In this document: one piece after another, positions 35,620 to 49,883 of the stretch | Position numbering within the stretch: the stretch's first letter is position 1 | Layout: each line of letters begins with the position of its first letter | DNA from: Lepidodermella squamata | Taxonomy: Eukaryota; Animalia; Gastrotricha | Length of the DNA stretch: 64,000 bases | Direction: 5' to 3' | Assembly (NCBI GenBank): GCA_047495785.1 | Contig: JBLDXI010000004.1 | Coordinates: 806,001-870,000, forward strand | The notes under the pieces: model-generated | Database searches by the model: none | What the model saw: only the letters and a program-made list of their open reading frames with translations | Told to the model about the DNA's origin: nothing | Position numbers and translations under genes: made by a program

Positions 35620-38158
35620 ATGAATATGTTTATTCGCCTCTGCCTGTGGCTCCTTGTCGCAGACGCTCAAATTCTGCCAGTTAGGAATTTTTAGTCCGAC
35701 ATTTCGTTCAATGCTCTCCAATATTGCCGTGATGGGGTGTGTTTGAAAATAAATTCCTATGGCGGGGGAACCAGTGTGTTGCGGTCGTATGACTAGCGCT
35801 CAATGTTCGCACGCCTATTGCGCACTGGAATGAAATAATGATCTGAGAAATCTAATTCGCTTACTGCCTGAGCAGCGTAGAAAGTAGGATTGTTTCATGT
35901 AAGATTGATGAGAGGTTCTCGATCATTCCAAGGTCTTCCAAGGAAAAAATTCGCTCGCAGAATCACTCTCACTCCAATTCTCATTCGAGCAGGCACAGAA
36001 ATTTGGCTAGTTTCAAGTTTCGATTGATTTTTTACTTAATTCGGCTTCGAGACTCCTAAAATAGTCACCTGCGAGCGAACCTTACTTAAGCGAACTTCAG
36101 AAAGCGCTAATAGCAGTATCAAACGCGGTCAGCTTACAGCCCCGGCCATCCGCACCCGCCATATTAGGAGCACACTTACAGGTGATGGCTTCCTTCGGGT
36201 CTCCACTGCGGATCTCCGGCTCCTGCTGCCTATTGTTTGACTGGATTTGCTTTTGCTTTGAAGGGCGCTCGAATTTGCTACAACCACGCGGACTACAGCT
36301 ATACGTGCATTCGGGGCCCATTGAAATGCAACAATACCAACAACGAGATCCAGGTTCGTGCTGTCAAGACAATGCATCTTCTTTTTTCATTTCATTTTTG
36401 TTTTATCGAATTTGCAGGCTGGAATTTTCAATGACGCTGGTCCATTCAGGAGCCATTGGGCAGGTCAATGCCACAAGAATATTGCCGGTAAGTTTAAAAT
36501 AATTTACCGTCCCAATCGTGTGCCTCCACATTCTTTAGCCCAGTGCCTTCACATTCTTTAGCCCAGTCAGTAGAGTCATTTTTTGTTCTTTGGTAAGAAA
36601 ATGAAACTAAAACTTGTCTTTCAATTTCAGTTGCAGCCATTTAAACGCTGCTTCTCTAGCAGCAATTTTGTTTCTGTTATCCGCTATCTCTCGGCTGTCC
36701 AAAACATTTGGTAATTTGACAGTGGTGATAGTTCCGTCACTAGTGCTATTCTTTCTTATTTTGCCAGGACGCCAACAGCGAACTACCCACCTACAACAAT
36801 TTAGAATCTTGCTTGAGCGGTGCAGGTAAGCGTTCACGTTTTTTTCTATAATTTTAGCTTCAATAGACGACTGTTATGAAACGTCGAATCAATGTTAATC
36901 AGTGTTACAGTGGGGGTTAATTTCGAAGTAGTGATGCGCGCCGATTATTTTTTCTTTAATCGATTAAAATTCGATTTTCACGATATTCGAATCGTGTTAA
37001 TCGCGATTAAATCGTCAATCGAATCGCCCGACAAATCGAATTGATTAATCGTGGGCGCTGTATTAAATTCAAGTAAAATCATAATCAGATAGGCTTGTTT
37101 GTAACAATTATTTGAACGCGCTTCGAGAATTACCATCAACTCGTATCCTCAATCTGACAATTCCACGGGATTCTACGCAGAAAACTGAGTAATTCTAGGT
37201 GTTACTCTACCTAAATTGGTTTTGGTAATGCAAAATAAATTGAGTGCAATAAAGCAATAAATTTATTAATTAGTACAAATTATCTCCGGAAGTGGTTTCG
37301 ACATGAAAGGAGGCGCATTTGCCGATTTCTTTGAAGTTTTGATTTTTACAGCCCAGTTAACCTAATTGTTGACTTGTTGACCTAATTGTATAAGAATCAT
37401 AGCAATAAAAAAGGCTAATGATGGGCAATTTAAAACTGGCGCCTGGTTTTTTTGCCAGATAAAGCCAGCTCTATCCGATAAAATCGACATTAGCTAATGA
37501 CAGCTTTGAAAATACCTAGTCGTCTTTAGCTAATGTCGGCTTTACCGGATAAAGCTGGCTTTATCGATAGAATCGACTTTATCATAAAGACAGCTACGAA
37601 AATAACCTCCAGTGCCTCTTTTAATATTTTAACAGTGCCACAATCAGTTATTGATGACCTAAAGCCGCATGTCCGCTGCAAGGATAGGAAGACTGGCGAT
37701 TTTGTGGCTTGCCGTCTCGAAAGCACAGGCTGCTCACAAGATGCAAAGATGTTCGCACCGCAGCCTTTTGCCAACAAGAAAATGTTTCTGAAAGGGGTGA
37801 GTACATTAAAGCAGCTGCGCAATATTTTTTCCGGAGCTTTTCTTTTTTGATTTCTTTGATTTTTTGATTTTTTTACAATGCTGTGCTATGCAAGAGCTCA
37901 TCCGGCGAAACCTGCAATGCGACGAACGCTTCGATCACCACCGCTTACATCGGCTTGTCGAAACCTAACGACCAGTGGCTGTGGGATGACAGCTCAGCCT
38001 ATGACAACATGCCACCATGGGCGCCGGGCTTCCCGTCAGAGGCGAAGATGAACCGCTGTGTTGGCCTGGCTAGTATCAGCGATGCAGCTGTGTTTGTGCA
38101 GGATGGATCTTGCGGTTCGCCTTCAGCTAGCGCTTACATTTGCGAAACTCTGGGATGA
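35620..38158 (+). pseudogene. Subtype A copy A5, decayed
   Basis: Signal peptide MNMFIRLCLWLLVADAQ, then deletion of the rest of exon 1. Frameshifts in exons 4-5, intronic insertions, and exon 8 fused by deletion into the middle of the CTLD exon at ~37918. Confidence 0.8.
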
Positions 38159-38542
38159 TCTTCATGATTTCTGCCCATTTCTTCAAACTTCAAATCAGTG
38201 ATTCGTATTTGTACTCTAAATATCGGTTATGATATCTCAACCGATTCCACGTTAAATCGAACTTTAGTTCAGAATTTAGAAGCATGCGCTGATCGATAAT
38301 TTGATGACCTCCTCATGTGATAGGGATCATTTGCAGACCCCCTAGAAACGACAAGAAATTCAAATTTCGCGTATCTCTGCATGATTTTCACTGAAAATGT
38401 AATGTGTATTCAAAATCAAATGTTCTGGGAGACTCTCCGTCATTGCCCTTGCGTTCATAAATCTGTTCATTCATTTTTTGGCTCTATTGCTCGTTATTCT
38501 GAGAATTGAGAATATTTGTTGTTTTAACATTTGTTAGGCTTC

Positions 38543-40545
38543 ATGAATATGCTTAATTACATCAACCTATGGCTCCTCTTCGCTGGCGCTCAGCGTTACC
38601 CACCTGAGGTATTGTGGCGTTGCTTCTCGAGTTTTCAAAACCATTACAACGGCTGCTAAGACAATTGCAGGCCAGCCGAATAACAGGTTATTACCGTCAT
38701 TCAGTTTCATTGTGTTAAAACTTGATTATCAACATTTATCCTAGATCAGGTACGCCCAGTGGCTTAATAGAATAGCCGGCTGCCTTGCTGGTGTGCGTTG
38801 GAACATAGTATTTGACGAATTTTTGTCATTTTCTCTACTTTGTAGAACGCTCGACTATGCAACAAACGTGTTGGATAAAGCTTCAGGTGCACTCCTGACC
38901 GATTGCAATGCAACAAAACCAACGACCATTTTTTGCTCATTTTTTGTTTTGATCGTAGATTATCGATTTTCGTGTTTGCGTTAACAGCATTTTCCTTGAG
39001 TGGAATCTCCCGTATTCCGTCAACTGAGTCTCGACAACTCAGCCACGACAACTCAGCCTTTAAAATTATTTTTTCAATTTGCGACATCTCAGCCCGCGAC
39101 AACTCAGCCTTTTCCAATTCCTAGTAATATCGCGACAACTCAGCCCACGACAACCCAGCCTTTATTCAATTGTGAAAATACCCAGCCATATTACCATGCG
39201 AGCGGAGCGAGCATGTGAGCCGGACTAAGTATTTAAAAGGCTGGGTAGTTGTGGGTTGAGTTGTCGCGATATTATTAGGAATTGGAAAAGGCTGAGTTGT
39301 CGCGGGCTGAGATGTCGCAAATTGAAATAATAATTTTAAAGGCTGAGTTGTCGCAGGCTGAAAAGTCATGGCTGAGTTGTCGTGGCTGAGTTGTCAAGGA
39401 CTCAAATGTCTGTAGACCGAATCTCCACCCAGTAATTGTCATATGATTTATCGATTTCCGAGATCAGCTATATATTTGATGATGATGAGCTCATGAAAGG
39501 GCGTTACTTCGGTGATTTGTATGTGAGTTGGCGAAAAGTAAAATCGAGTCACTATTTCTTTCTTGCCTCTTAAACACCTCAAGAAGTGGCTCCAGAGGCC
39601 CGACACCAAACCATGGCTGAAAATCCCACAATTGATTTTGTGAAAACTGGAACATCCACGTTTCTTAAACATTTCAGTCGTCTTATTTATATGAGTAATT
39701 TTATATTTTATATCAAATTATCCCCCGAATTCAAACAATTCAATTTCTCGCGAAATGCTTATTAGTGAACAGCTAGAGATCACGATGGACTGAAAAATTG
39801 GTCAAATAATTGAGCGGAATAATTGAACTGATTCCGCTTATATACGCTAAGAACAAACAGATCGAAGGGTGCCGCCTGAAAACCGCTGGCTGCTCGCCCA
39901 ATATCGAGCTGTTTTCACCACAGTCTTTCGCTAACAAGTTCAACTGTCTCACAGGCGTAAGATTCAAAGTTGAATTCGATCATAAGCTTAATTTGAATTC
40001 TCTAGGTAGTTATGCGGTGTAAAACACCGCTTCGCAAGTTCTGCAATGGATTCTGCCAGCAGGACTCACAAATCGTAATATTTCGGCCTAATTATGCACT
40101 TTTTTGCTCTTACACTGCTTTTCCGCAGGAAGCCGTATTTTCAGACTCGAGAGACTTTGCAGATAACTACGAGCAATGTCTGCGTAGCATTGGCCCAATT
40201 CTCAATTTGGGGTCAGCACGGGTTTGTAAATTTCATTCACAATAGTTTCTAAGCTTTAAAATTTGGGGTTGTACTAAAAGGCCTGACCGGATCCAAAATG
40301 AATTACTACCTAAATTGTGGGAAACAACCCGCCGAAGTTACGAGCGCCTACTTGGATTTATCGAAAGAACTAGGTAGATGGACGATAGCAGCGTGTATGA
40401 TTCGATGCCACCTTGGGCGCCTAACTACCCGAGGCCGAGGACATGCGTCGGGATTGCCAGAATAATCGACAAAGCATTGTACCTCACCGATGGATCTTGC
40501 AAGCTTCCTTCGGCTTTGCATTTATTTGTGAAACTTTTTGTACAC
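38543..40545 (+). pseudogene. Subtype A remnant(s) A6; the 5' and 3' parts may come from two genes
   Basis: MNMLNYINLWLLFAGAQRYPPEVLWRCFSSFQNHYNGC with stops in exon 1; exons 7-9 at ~39860-40200; partial CTLD at ~40335-40545. Confidence 0.72.
39025..39404. mobile_element. Foldback MITE built from CGACAACTCAGCC units
   Basis: The left ~140 nt and right ~170 nt are inverted copies with repeated CGACAACTCAGCC / GGCTGAGTTGTCG; ends TGAGTC / GACTCA. Confidence 0.75.
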
Positions 40546-40735
40546 AGTCATGTTGTCGAAAAACTTATGCAGACTTGCGTAAAAATAATTTACGGAGCTT
40601 GGACAAAATAAAGCGGAGGATCTCTGTGTGATTTATCCCTAATTCCACGATTAAAAAGCAACGATCCCAGATTTACGTGTCGTCTGGCTTGCAGATCATC
40701 ATTTTTTCACCGCCAATTTAAAATGTTGGCCAGAA

Positions 40736-41260
40736 TGGGTCACGTTCTATATTTCCGCTCTATTTTCGAGTTCAAAAGACAATGCTTCAGTAAAAAAAAT
40801 CACAGTGCTTATTCTTCCAGACACGAAAAGGTTGCTAGCAAAAAATAACGCATGATTTTTCCAGATTGTCGATATAAACTCATTCAATGTTAAATGATTG
40901 GGTGATCATTTTATTGTTTTCAAGTCCCATTTATTGTTCCTGCCAAAGTAGGCCACGTTCTATTTCCGTTATCAATCGGGTTCACATGACAATTTTTATG
41001 AACCCAATTTCCCAATTCACTATTGTAGGAGGCAATTTTCCAAGCTCATGATTACCAAAACGAATACGTGTGGATTTCGCAATCCGATAATCCCAAAAAT
41101 GCCAGCATCCGATCTATAGTTCTCTAGGCTAATACATAAATCTAAACCTTTAAAAAAAAGCAATCGATAAAATTGCTTGTCCAGCGACCAGCGACTTAAT
41201 TGTCAGTAAGTAGGCCACGTTCTGTTTCCGCTTTTTCTCGAGTTCACAAGACAATTTAAA
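40736..41260 (+). promoter_or_regulatory. Triplicated module upstream of gene B
   Basis: GG(C/T)CACGTTCT..TTTCCG...GTTCA.A.GACAAT at ~40738, ~40950 and ~41211. The repeat is seen directly; a regulatory role is inferred from position. Confidence 0.45.
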
Positions 41261-41439
41261 ACGAAACTTTTGATATCACAATGCTGGTAGACAATTTTAA
41301 AGCTCGTGCTCGCACACAAAAGATGATGCGTGGTTTTTCTAATGAGGCACGAAGAGCTCACTTTATTTCATTCAATTCAATTTTCCAAACATTTTCATAT
41401 TGGGTTATTTTCTTCCATTTTTGAACTAGTTTTCATTTT

Positions 41440-44400
41440 ATGATGGCTTGCCATTATTTTGCGCTGCTATCAGTTCTGACGATAGCGCTGATGGACCAGG
41501 GAGTCATAGCTGCGCAATCGCATGTGCGATGCTACTCACAGCTGAATAACCGATTCAAATCATGCAACGAAGCTTCACAAGGCTGCGATGCACTCAGCGA
41601 ATATCAAGTGAGCTTTATTTTATAATAGTATCTGTCTTTATTAACTAAGTACAAACATAGGATGGCACTGTTTTCGCGAACGCCAGTGACTGCAATAAAG
41701 GCGTATGATTTAATTACGTGATCACTGATGATTCATTACAACAATTGTTGGCAACAGAGCGTTGTTATGTGCTACAAATACGAGGCTCTTACTCCGTCGT
41801 GCGTGCCTGGAAACATCAGATGCGACGAGGTGTTCCAAATGACGGTATGTTCTTTTGAACGATTATTCGCGAGCTTTCTCGCCACATCACCGCTCATGCA
41901 AATTTCAATACGAATACGAATGATTTCATTTTTCTTCCACGCGACTAAGGGGTCTATACCCTTTCGGGTTTTGTGGAAGGCGAAGGAAGGCAAAATTTAA
42001 GAAAAATCGCCCGTTTTTCTTGGGTCGTCCTCGAGAGCCGTCGGTTTTTTTCTAATACAGTGCACCCCCGATATCTGCATGGGGGCCGGGTCCAGGGTCG
42101 TGCAATTATCGAGGGAAACATTTAACGGGGGCTGTACATGAGTCAGGGATTAAGTTTGAGCGAGTTGCTAGCCAGATGGCGCTGAGCAAACAGTAAACAT
42201 GACAACGAGTCTTCATTTTTTATTTCGCCTTTCTTATTTTCAGCGGCCTGTGGAAACTCGTATTCACGAAATTTCAAATTACCGCTTAATTGGGATTAAT
42301 GATATGGGCTCAATGCCAGGACTTCACAATGGGACATTGAAGTTATCATTGCCGAATCACTTTTGCGCGTGGATAAGATTATAAAAACTTTTTCAGGAAT
42401 TTTAACGCAAAATTCACAAACCCTATCAATTTATTTTTCATTTATTCTTGTTAATGCAAAATTGACTAGTGATCGGAAATACTGCCTATTTATTTAGTCG
42501 TACATTAAAGCTTCTGCTCCTATTGTAGAGTTTCACAAAATAATATGAAATATTTCCGATAATGTTTACGAAGTTGGGCTGTCTCTTCCTTTTTTCTTTC
42601 ATGAAATTCATCGAATTAATGGCATTGAGCGATCACAGACTTGGTAATTTTAAGTCATAAGACGTGTGGTTCCGTCAAGAGGAAACATCGATTCGATAGG
42701 AAAATTGATTGAATGAATGAATTATCATCTTCCCGGACCTGGTCTGATTTCCATTCAAATGGCCTAATAAGATCAGAGCAGTTTGATAAATCGGGCAGAA
42801 GCTCCCGCCGACCCTCCTCGTGATGTTGCAATTTTCAAAGTCAAAATTAAAATATAAAATGCTGTGAATGAACCGGGAAAATTGCAAGGGCGTTGAGCAA
42901 GTAAAGCGTAAAGTAGTGGCAGCCAGTTTCATGTTAGATCAGGCTTATCGACTAACGAAAATCAGCTAATAATTCCAATGACTAAGGACAACTCGAACGA
43001 ATCAAATCAGGGTATAATACCGACCGGATTTTTCCAAATTCATTGAAAATTTCCCCTAACATGATGATTTAAAATCAAAGACGTATCGTGAACATTTTAT
43101 CGGCTTAATTTTGCGAAAAATGAATTTAATTCCACTAATGGCCATCAATCTCTTTTCCAGCTTCTCGAATTTGGGAATTCGACATCGAATTACAAGCGAT
43201 CATTCAGCGAATGCGAATTGCGAGTAGATCAATTCGAAGTGAGAAATATCATATTTCACGGTTCATAAGCTTCATTCCATTTTTAGAATCAACGATTTCG
43301 CCGCTGTACTTCCAGAAATACACTCAAAACCTGCGTCCCAGATCCATCCTTCTGTCCAGAAAAATGGGTGAGCTCTTGGATTTCGAATTCTCATGTTCGT
43401 TCAGAATCGCTATTTGTTACCGACTTCCTTGTTCTTATTTTAGAAAACTGAGCCAACTTTCTATGAGAACCTTGGATCTTGCACCTCTGATATAAGTAAG
43501 TTTACTAGAATTCAAGCAACCTAAAATCATAGTTTTATCCAGTAAATTGTTGGAATTGTGAAATTGATTTAACAATCAACTTGATTATCTCTTCTAATTT
43601 CAGTTTCTGTCCCCATCAGCCAGAAAAAACACATCCGTTGCTTTGACACAAGAACACTTCAGCTCACCGACTGTCGGCCGAAAAGATCGGGCTGCTTTGC
43701 TAACAACGAGACTCAGCTTTACTCTACTGATGTCTACAGCAACCGCGATAACTGCCTCATTGGGGTGACATAAATGTATTAAATTGTTGTCATTTCTTTA
43801 CCCAGCCTCTAAAACAGAACGCAGTTCAATGCAACGATGATTCTGGAAGCAAGTCTTGCCACGCAATTTGCCCTCAAAACACAACTCAGGTACAACCAAA
43901 TTTGTTTGAATCCGATGAAGTTTTCATCGGCTGTTTTTTACACTATAGACTAAACTTTACTTTGCGGCGTCAAAGTTTTAATCCAACCACGACAGCTGTA
44001 TAACAGATATCACGGTATTTGCTGCATGTGAAGATAACAAAATACCTCGAGAAATCAGTCTTACCTCAGGGAGTTTATATCCGAGAAATTAGCAGCCTCA
44101 ACTCGTCTATGATTTTAAGTAGCAAAAATAATCTCTCTCGTAAACTGAGAAGTTTCTCTCAAATTCTATGACCTATCCTTTATTCTTCGATTATTTAATG
44201 CATTTTTCATGTCGCAGAATGGATTTTTTCGATGCGTGGGAAACGCTGATGGAGCAGTTCGTTGCGTGTCGAACGTAACAGGCTGTGATGCTCTCAAGGA
44301 GTTGAGAATTCCAGTGAATTTCGTTTATTCGAATGTAACCAGTTGCAAAACTGCCGTTAAGAGGTATTTCAGGATAGGTCCATCAGCGAACTGGGAAGAA

Positions 44401-46721
44401 ATGAGTTATCGCTGCCGTGAAAAAAATGCAAGTTTGGCGACGGTAAGGTCAAGCGAAGAACTCGAGCTGTTGAAAACGAATCTCTATGCAACACGCTCCC
44501 CTGTAAGTGCTTGGATCGGTTTGATTCGGCAGAACGGTGTGCTCAATTGGATAGATGGCTCTGATTACACAGGCTTGCTGAAATCGAATCCACATAATGT
44601 CAAAGATGGTTGCTATCATGTGTACTTAGCGATAATCGATGGCAACGTCGACTACTTATTCAATCCTTACCAGTGTGATCAGCCGATACGCTCGTCAATT
44701 TGTGAAACATTCATCCCCCGGGAGAGAGTGAGTTTGAGTTATATTAGTTATTATTAGTTATATTAGTTATTTAGGGTAATTTACCTGCATATGCATGAAC
44801 AATTGAAAATTGTCAACTATATATTACGCGAGATTTTCGCTAATTTTTGTTAAGATAAGTGCGCAGCCACACGCGGCGTATTTGAAACAGCTGTTTCAAT
44901 TGCCCGAGTTTCGAAACACTCAAAACGAGGCCGCATTATTAAGTCGGTTTTGGTGTCTATGGTGCCTAGCGACGGGGGTGCTGATAGTAATCCGCGCTAT
45001 CCTAAGATGCTAGGTGTTGCCATTGATAATTTCAAGTTGTTTGATCTTGGCGTCATGACAATGTTCACTAATTTCCGCCATTGTCCACTTATAATGTTGA
45101 GAGCGCCGCTACACTTTTGTGTGCACTATAGACATAATTTAAGATAGACTGACTACTCACGAGAAAAGAGCGGAACACCATGGGTCGCAGATGTTCAGCT
45201 GAATCATGAAAAAACCTCAAAATTTCGGTGGGAAAGTAAACAAAGAATTTGATTTTTCTTCGATCGATTTCGTTAAATCAGAGCTGGTTCTCTCAAGTTT
45301 GTTGATGGAGCCTTAAAGAGAATATTACGGGAAACAAGGTGGTTATTTTTTCGTGATTTTATAATTTTTTCAAATTAATCAAAATGCATTTTAAAGTTTT
45401 TGAGCTGGCAAATAAAATAAGAAATCGACACAAATGAAAGGGAAATTGAAACAATTGTCGATGGCGGCTGGGCGTGAGCTATCTTTTGAACCCAAGTTTG
45501 ACCTTCAACAATTTCTTTCTGAATATTGACACATTTTTTGAGGTTTATGGATGCTCCCAAATTCAAATTCCACCATCAATTTGGGCTTTCGCCAACGAAA
45601 CGGAAACCGCAATCAAATTAGGTACTTTCGCCAACAAAATGGATTATCTCGCCAACAAATCCAAAAATACCCGCTGATTTAGTCCAAAGTTGTTCAAAAC
45701 ATAGCCAAATGGCAGGCCATCGTTATCGCAGAGGAATTAGAGCCTGCCCATGTCAGTTTTAAGGTAATACTATAAGGTAAGAAGTAAATTAAAATATGAA
45801 AACATTTTTATAATTGACTTTATAATTGACTTTATAATTGACTTACCAAATACTTTTATTTCAAAACTGACATGAAAAATCCTAAATCCGACTTATCTGT
45901 CCGCGCAAACGGTATGGCACGCTATTTGGCTATGTTTTGAACATCTTTGGGCTAAATCAGCGGGTATTTTTGGATTTGTTGGCGAGATAATCCATTTTGT
46001 TGGCGAAAGTACCTAAATTGATGGCGGTTTCCGTTTCGTTTGCGAAAGCCCAAATTTGATGGTAGGAACATTTACACCCAAGCTTTATTACGGCGATGAT
46101 TTGGCCCATGCAAGTTTTTGAGATCACTCAGCTCATAGATACTCCCTTTAGTTCGGTGTGTAGCTTTCGGGAACTTCTAGCTGCAAAAAATCGTTTGTCC
46201 TTATTCTGGCAACCTGACATTTTTCGCTTATACTATTTATTGAATGCGTGCTAGTGCAAGATTACGTGATCCATTCTTTTTGGAGTTTTTTATAATCACT
46301 AACCCCGCATTTTATAATGTTATGTTTCATCTAGGCATTCAGGACTGTGATTAACTTCGAAGTGCCGAATTTCACACAACTTGCAGCATTTGATAAGTGT
46401 TTAAGCCTTGCACAAGACGGGCGATTGGCAATCATTGCTGATGAGGCTGACCGTCAAGCTGTATACACGGCAATGGTGAGTGAAAATATCTACAAAGCCT
46501 ACGTCGGTTTGAGGAAAACAAACGGCCAGTGGCTCTGGGTCGATAGCACTCCCTATGTTGGCATTCCTCCATGGGGCACGGGCAAGCCGGATGGTGGCAA
46601 GTTGGGCTATTGTGTTGGCCTGGCGACTATCGAATCAGGCTCATTGGTGCTGATGGACGGCTCTTGCGATGAGCCATCTGCCGAGGCAGCAGTCTGCGAG
46701 TCGAATATGATTCCCAAGTGA
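41440..46721 (+). pseudogene. Subtype B gene (signal peptide + 6 repeats + 2 CTLDs) with a single nonsense codon in exon 9
   Basis: 11 GT-AG exons from MMACHYFALLSVLTIALMDQGVIAAQSHVRCYSQ to AAVCESNMIPK. The only lesion found is TAA at 43979-43981 (CAA in paralogs). AATAAA at ~46815. Confidence 0.82.
45572..46063. mobile_element. MITE with ~140-bp TIRs in B intron 10
   Basis: ACCATCAATTTGGGCTTTCGC...CATAGCCAAAT is inverted at ~45922-46063; central (TTTTATAATTGAC)x3. Confidence 0.78.
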
Positions 46722-47791
46722 CCACAATGACGTCGGGAGAAAACAAGAAAATGATAGTCGCTAATGTGTGAGAGATGAGAGCTTATGTTTGCGACTAGTA
46801 TGCCTGGCTACTCAAATAAAGACCTTATTGTGTTGAAATTGTGTTACCGTATTCCCTTGCAAACTGCGGCACTGCCGTTATACAAGAAGCGAGCTGGCAT
46901 GCAACTATACCCCGGGCGACAATGGCATGCCAATAATAGATGGGGTAAATAGGGAAAAATTTTTAATTAAGATGATTAACGCTTTAATGGCACTCATTAT
47001 TTACATTGCGATGCGCATCCTATGTGATCCTCACGTCATTTTGAGGCTAAATTGAGACCGAATGCTATCACCGAATTTCATTCTCGAATGCGCCGAAACC
47101 TCGAAAAGGGCCAAGTCAGCCCAAAATTTAGATTTTTCTGCCTTTCATACCATGCATAGAGCCCTTCAAGCTATGAAAAACGCCGTTGTCCGTTTTTTTT
47201 TTAATTCGATTCCAGCATCGAGAAAAAGATGAAATATATTATATATTCCGTTTCCGGTTTGAAAGAGACAGGGGAAGAATGATCATCGCCCACTCTCTTA
47301 GTTGATTGTGTTGATTTTTCCATTTCGTTCATAAACTAATATAATCCAACCGTCTTTATAGCCAAGCGCCATTAGCTGTATGATGACCCACTGAGATGAA
47401 TTTCCCGTTGATAAGACCTGAATGAAACGTTTTTACGCTTCGTCGCCCCACCTTCTCGTCTGCATCAGTCAATCTTTGAAAAACGAAAGCCCGTTTATTC
47501 CGACGATTTCGGCAGAATACCGGAGTCGCAGGCTTTGCGGGTTATTGCTCTTGGAACTTCGCTTCTAACTCGGAAAACTTTGCGGAAAATGCAATTGGTA
47601 ACATCACTCGCGATAATAACAAACTAACCAATGGGCTAAATTTCTCGCATTTTATTCAACCTTACATTTTGTTACCAACTTGATGAGTTCTCAACTGAAA
47701 TATTATCACTACAGCCTAATCTAGGAGTTATTTCTTCCTCATCTTACTCTCAAGAGCGAATATTCAGCAAATCTCAATCTGAGCAGTGGTT

Positions 47792-49883
47792 TCATTTTTG
47801 ACAGAGATAACCGTCAGCAGAGGGAATGTCGCACGAGCCATCCTTCAGTTCAAGCGAACCAGACTCAATCGTCGCTAGGCCAACGCAATAGTCCAGCTGA
47901 TCCCCGTCCGGCTTGCCTGCAGCCCAAGGCGGAATCCCAGCATGAACACTCCCGTCGCCCCACAGCCACGTACCATTCACTTTCGTCAGGTCAATGTACT
48001 CCACAGGGACACGCGATTTCTTGATAGCGGCATAAGCTGCTTGAAGTTCAACCTGAGTTTTTATGATGGCCAATCGCGCGGTCGAAGACCATCTCATACA
48101 AGCCTTTTTCGCGTTGCTTTGCTTGTAAGGACCTTCAGCAGATGCTGTTTCAAATCCTCGGAAAATCTTGACCTAAAATTTCAAAATGAAGAAGATAAAA
48201 GATAATTTTAATCCACATTCAAGAAACTCACAACGGGCGCTATTTCTGTGAGGCAGTAGCCATGATTTTGTTGAAATATCGACCCGTTTGAATACAGTTT
48301 CGCCTGTACTTGGATGACAAAAATGAAGAATTTATCGAAGTAGAGAACATTTACCTGAGTGAATTTGCGCGGGCAAATCGAATGGCAAGATTTGTTTCCA
48401 GCTGCGTCAAGGCATTGAACTGCATTCTATTCAAAACGAAATTTTCAGTAAAACAAATTACATCAATCTCAGCATAATTACCCCGATCAAACATTTTTCG
48501 CGATTCATGTAGACGCTAGGTGAGTAAAACTGGGTCTCGGTGTTGTTAAAACAGCCACTGCTTCCAGGTCGACAGCTGTTGAATATCCCATTCGTGGAAT
48601 TGAAGCAGCGGACATGCTGAGTCTCGCTGCTCGGTACAGTGACTGTAGGGAGGAGGAGGAAAGAAAAAAAATCGAGCGTTCAATTTTGGAAGGTTTAAAA
48701 TTTCCCACCTTCTCCGTTGGTACACAAGGTGAGATTCATAAAAACAGTCGATTCGGTTTCCTGAAAACATTGATCAATATGAATCATCGCCATATGCCAA
48801 CAGCTTATTGCCAAATGGTAAAAGGTCGATAAGTTGGATTACCCAACTGTTCGGGCAAGTGAAATTGTTCGGGACACATGTTTGGATAACGCCGTTCAGC
48901 GTGCAGCGCCTGAATTCCAGGGTCTAAGAGGAGGAGAAGTATAGCGCAAGGGGGTTCGGGTTTCATAAATGGCCTTACGCTGAATCTAGCTTTTGTCGTC
49001 TCGCAAGCGTTGAAGTTGTATTTGAAACTCAAAGTTGGCGTTGAATTCCCAAAAAAGAAAAGCTGAAAATATAGGAAATTAGGCTGCCGTTCAAGTATAT
49101 AGGTACTATTTTATAAATAGCTGCAATCAACTTATTAATTGGTCGAAATAGTTTCAGTCCCCTCGGAAATTCTGAATTAATTTTCATCAACTCGGATTTA
49201 AGATCTTGAGCGATCATAGGATGGGTTGGGTTACGTCTTAATCCTATGATCACCCGGTTAGGCAGAGAAATGAAGAACTCACATTCATTTCATCTTGCGG
49301 ATTACACCCAATGTTATTAGGCACACAGGATGGAGTCAGTGATTCGTACTTGTAGCACATGCGACAATTCTGTTGATATAAAAATAACGCAGTTTTCAAA
49401 GAGTTCGAAAAAATATCCGGATATCGCCCAAAAACCTGTTTGGTATCCTTTATGACTTTTTAAATTAAAAATAATTAAATTAAGCAGATAATCTAAAGGT
49501 AGAGAGTATTGATACTGCAAACTTTCGGGGTGATTTTATTACCTTTTTAAGACAAATTTCTTATTTGAATGAAAGATTGCTTTTACAAGACTAAAACATC
49601 AACAGAATTTCACTTACACCACGATTGCAGCTACCTTCTCTGAGAAACACAGGCCCCAACTAGAGAAAAATTGTGAACAATTTGCTGTGATCAAATAACT
49701 GCTGGAAATAACCTGGAATTCGCGAAGCGGATCACAGGCCTGAGCTGCTTTGACGCAGGACGTGAATCTTTCATTCAACTGCGAGAAGCATCGCACCCAG
49801 TTCAGCGGCTTCGTTTTGCAGGAAACTGGGCTGATTTGGGCCAGAGCGGTCACATACAGCAGAGCAAAATAGAGAGATTTCAT
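47792..49883 (-). CDS. Subtype C gene, apparently intact: secreted, 5 four-Cys repeats + 1 CTLD, ~400 aa, 10 exons
   Basis: MKSLYFALLYVTALAQISPVSCKTKPLNWVRCFSQLNERFTSC... All ten exons splice GT-AG in frame to ...SADGYLCQK-stop. Confidence 0.88.

Noticed and set aside
39025-39404. Regularly repeated CGACAACTCAGCC units (CRISPR-like look)
   Set aside because: The units form an inverted foldback with mirrored, non-unique spacers; eukaryotic context with no cas genes.
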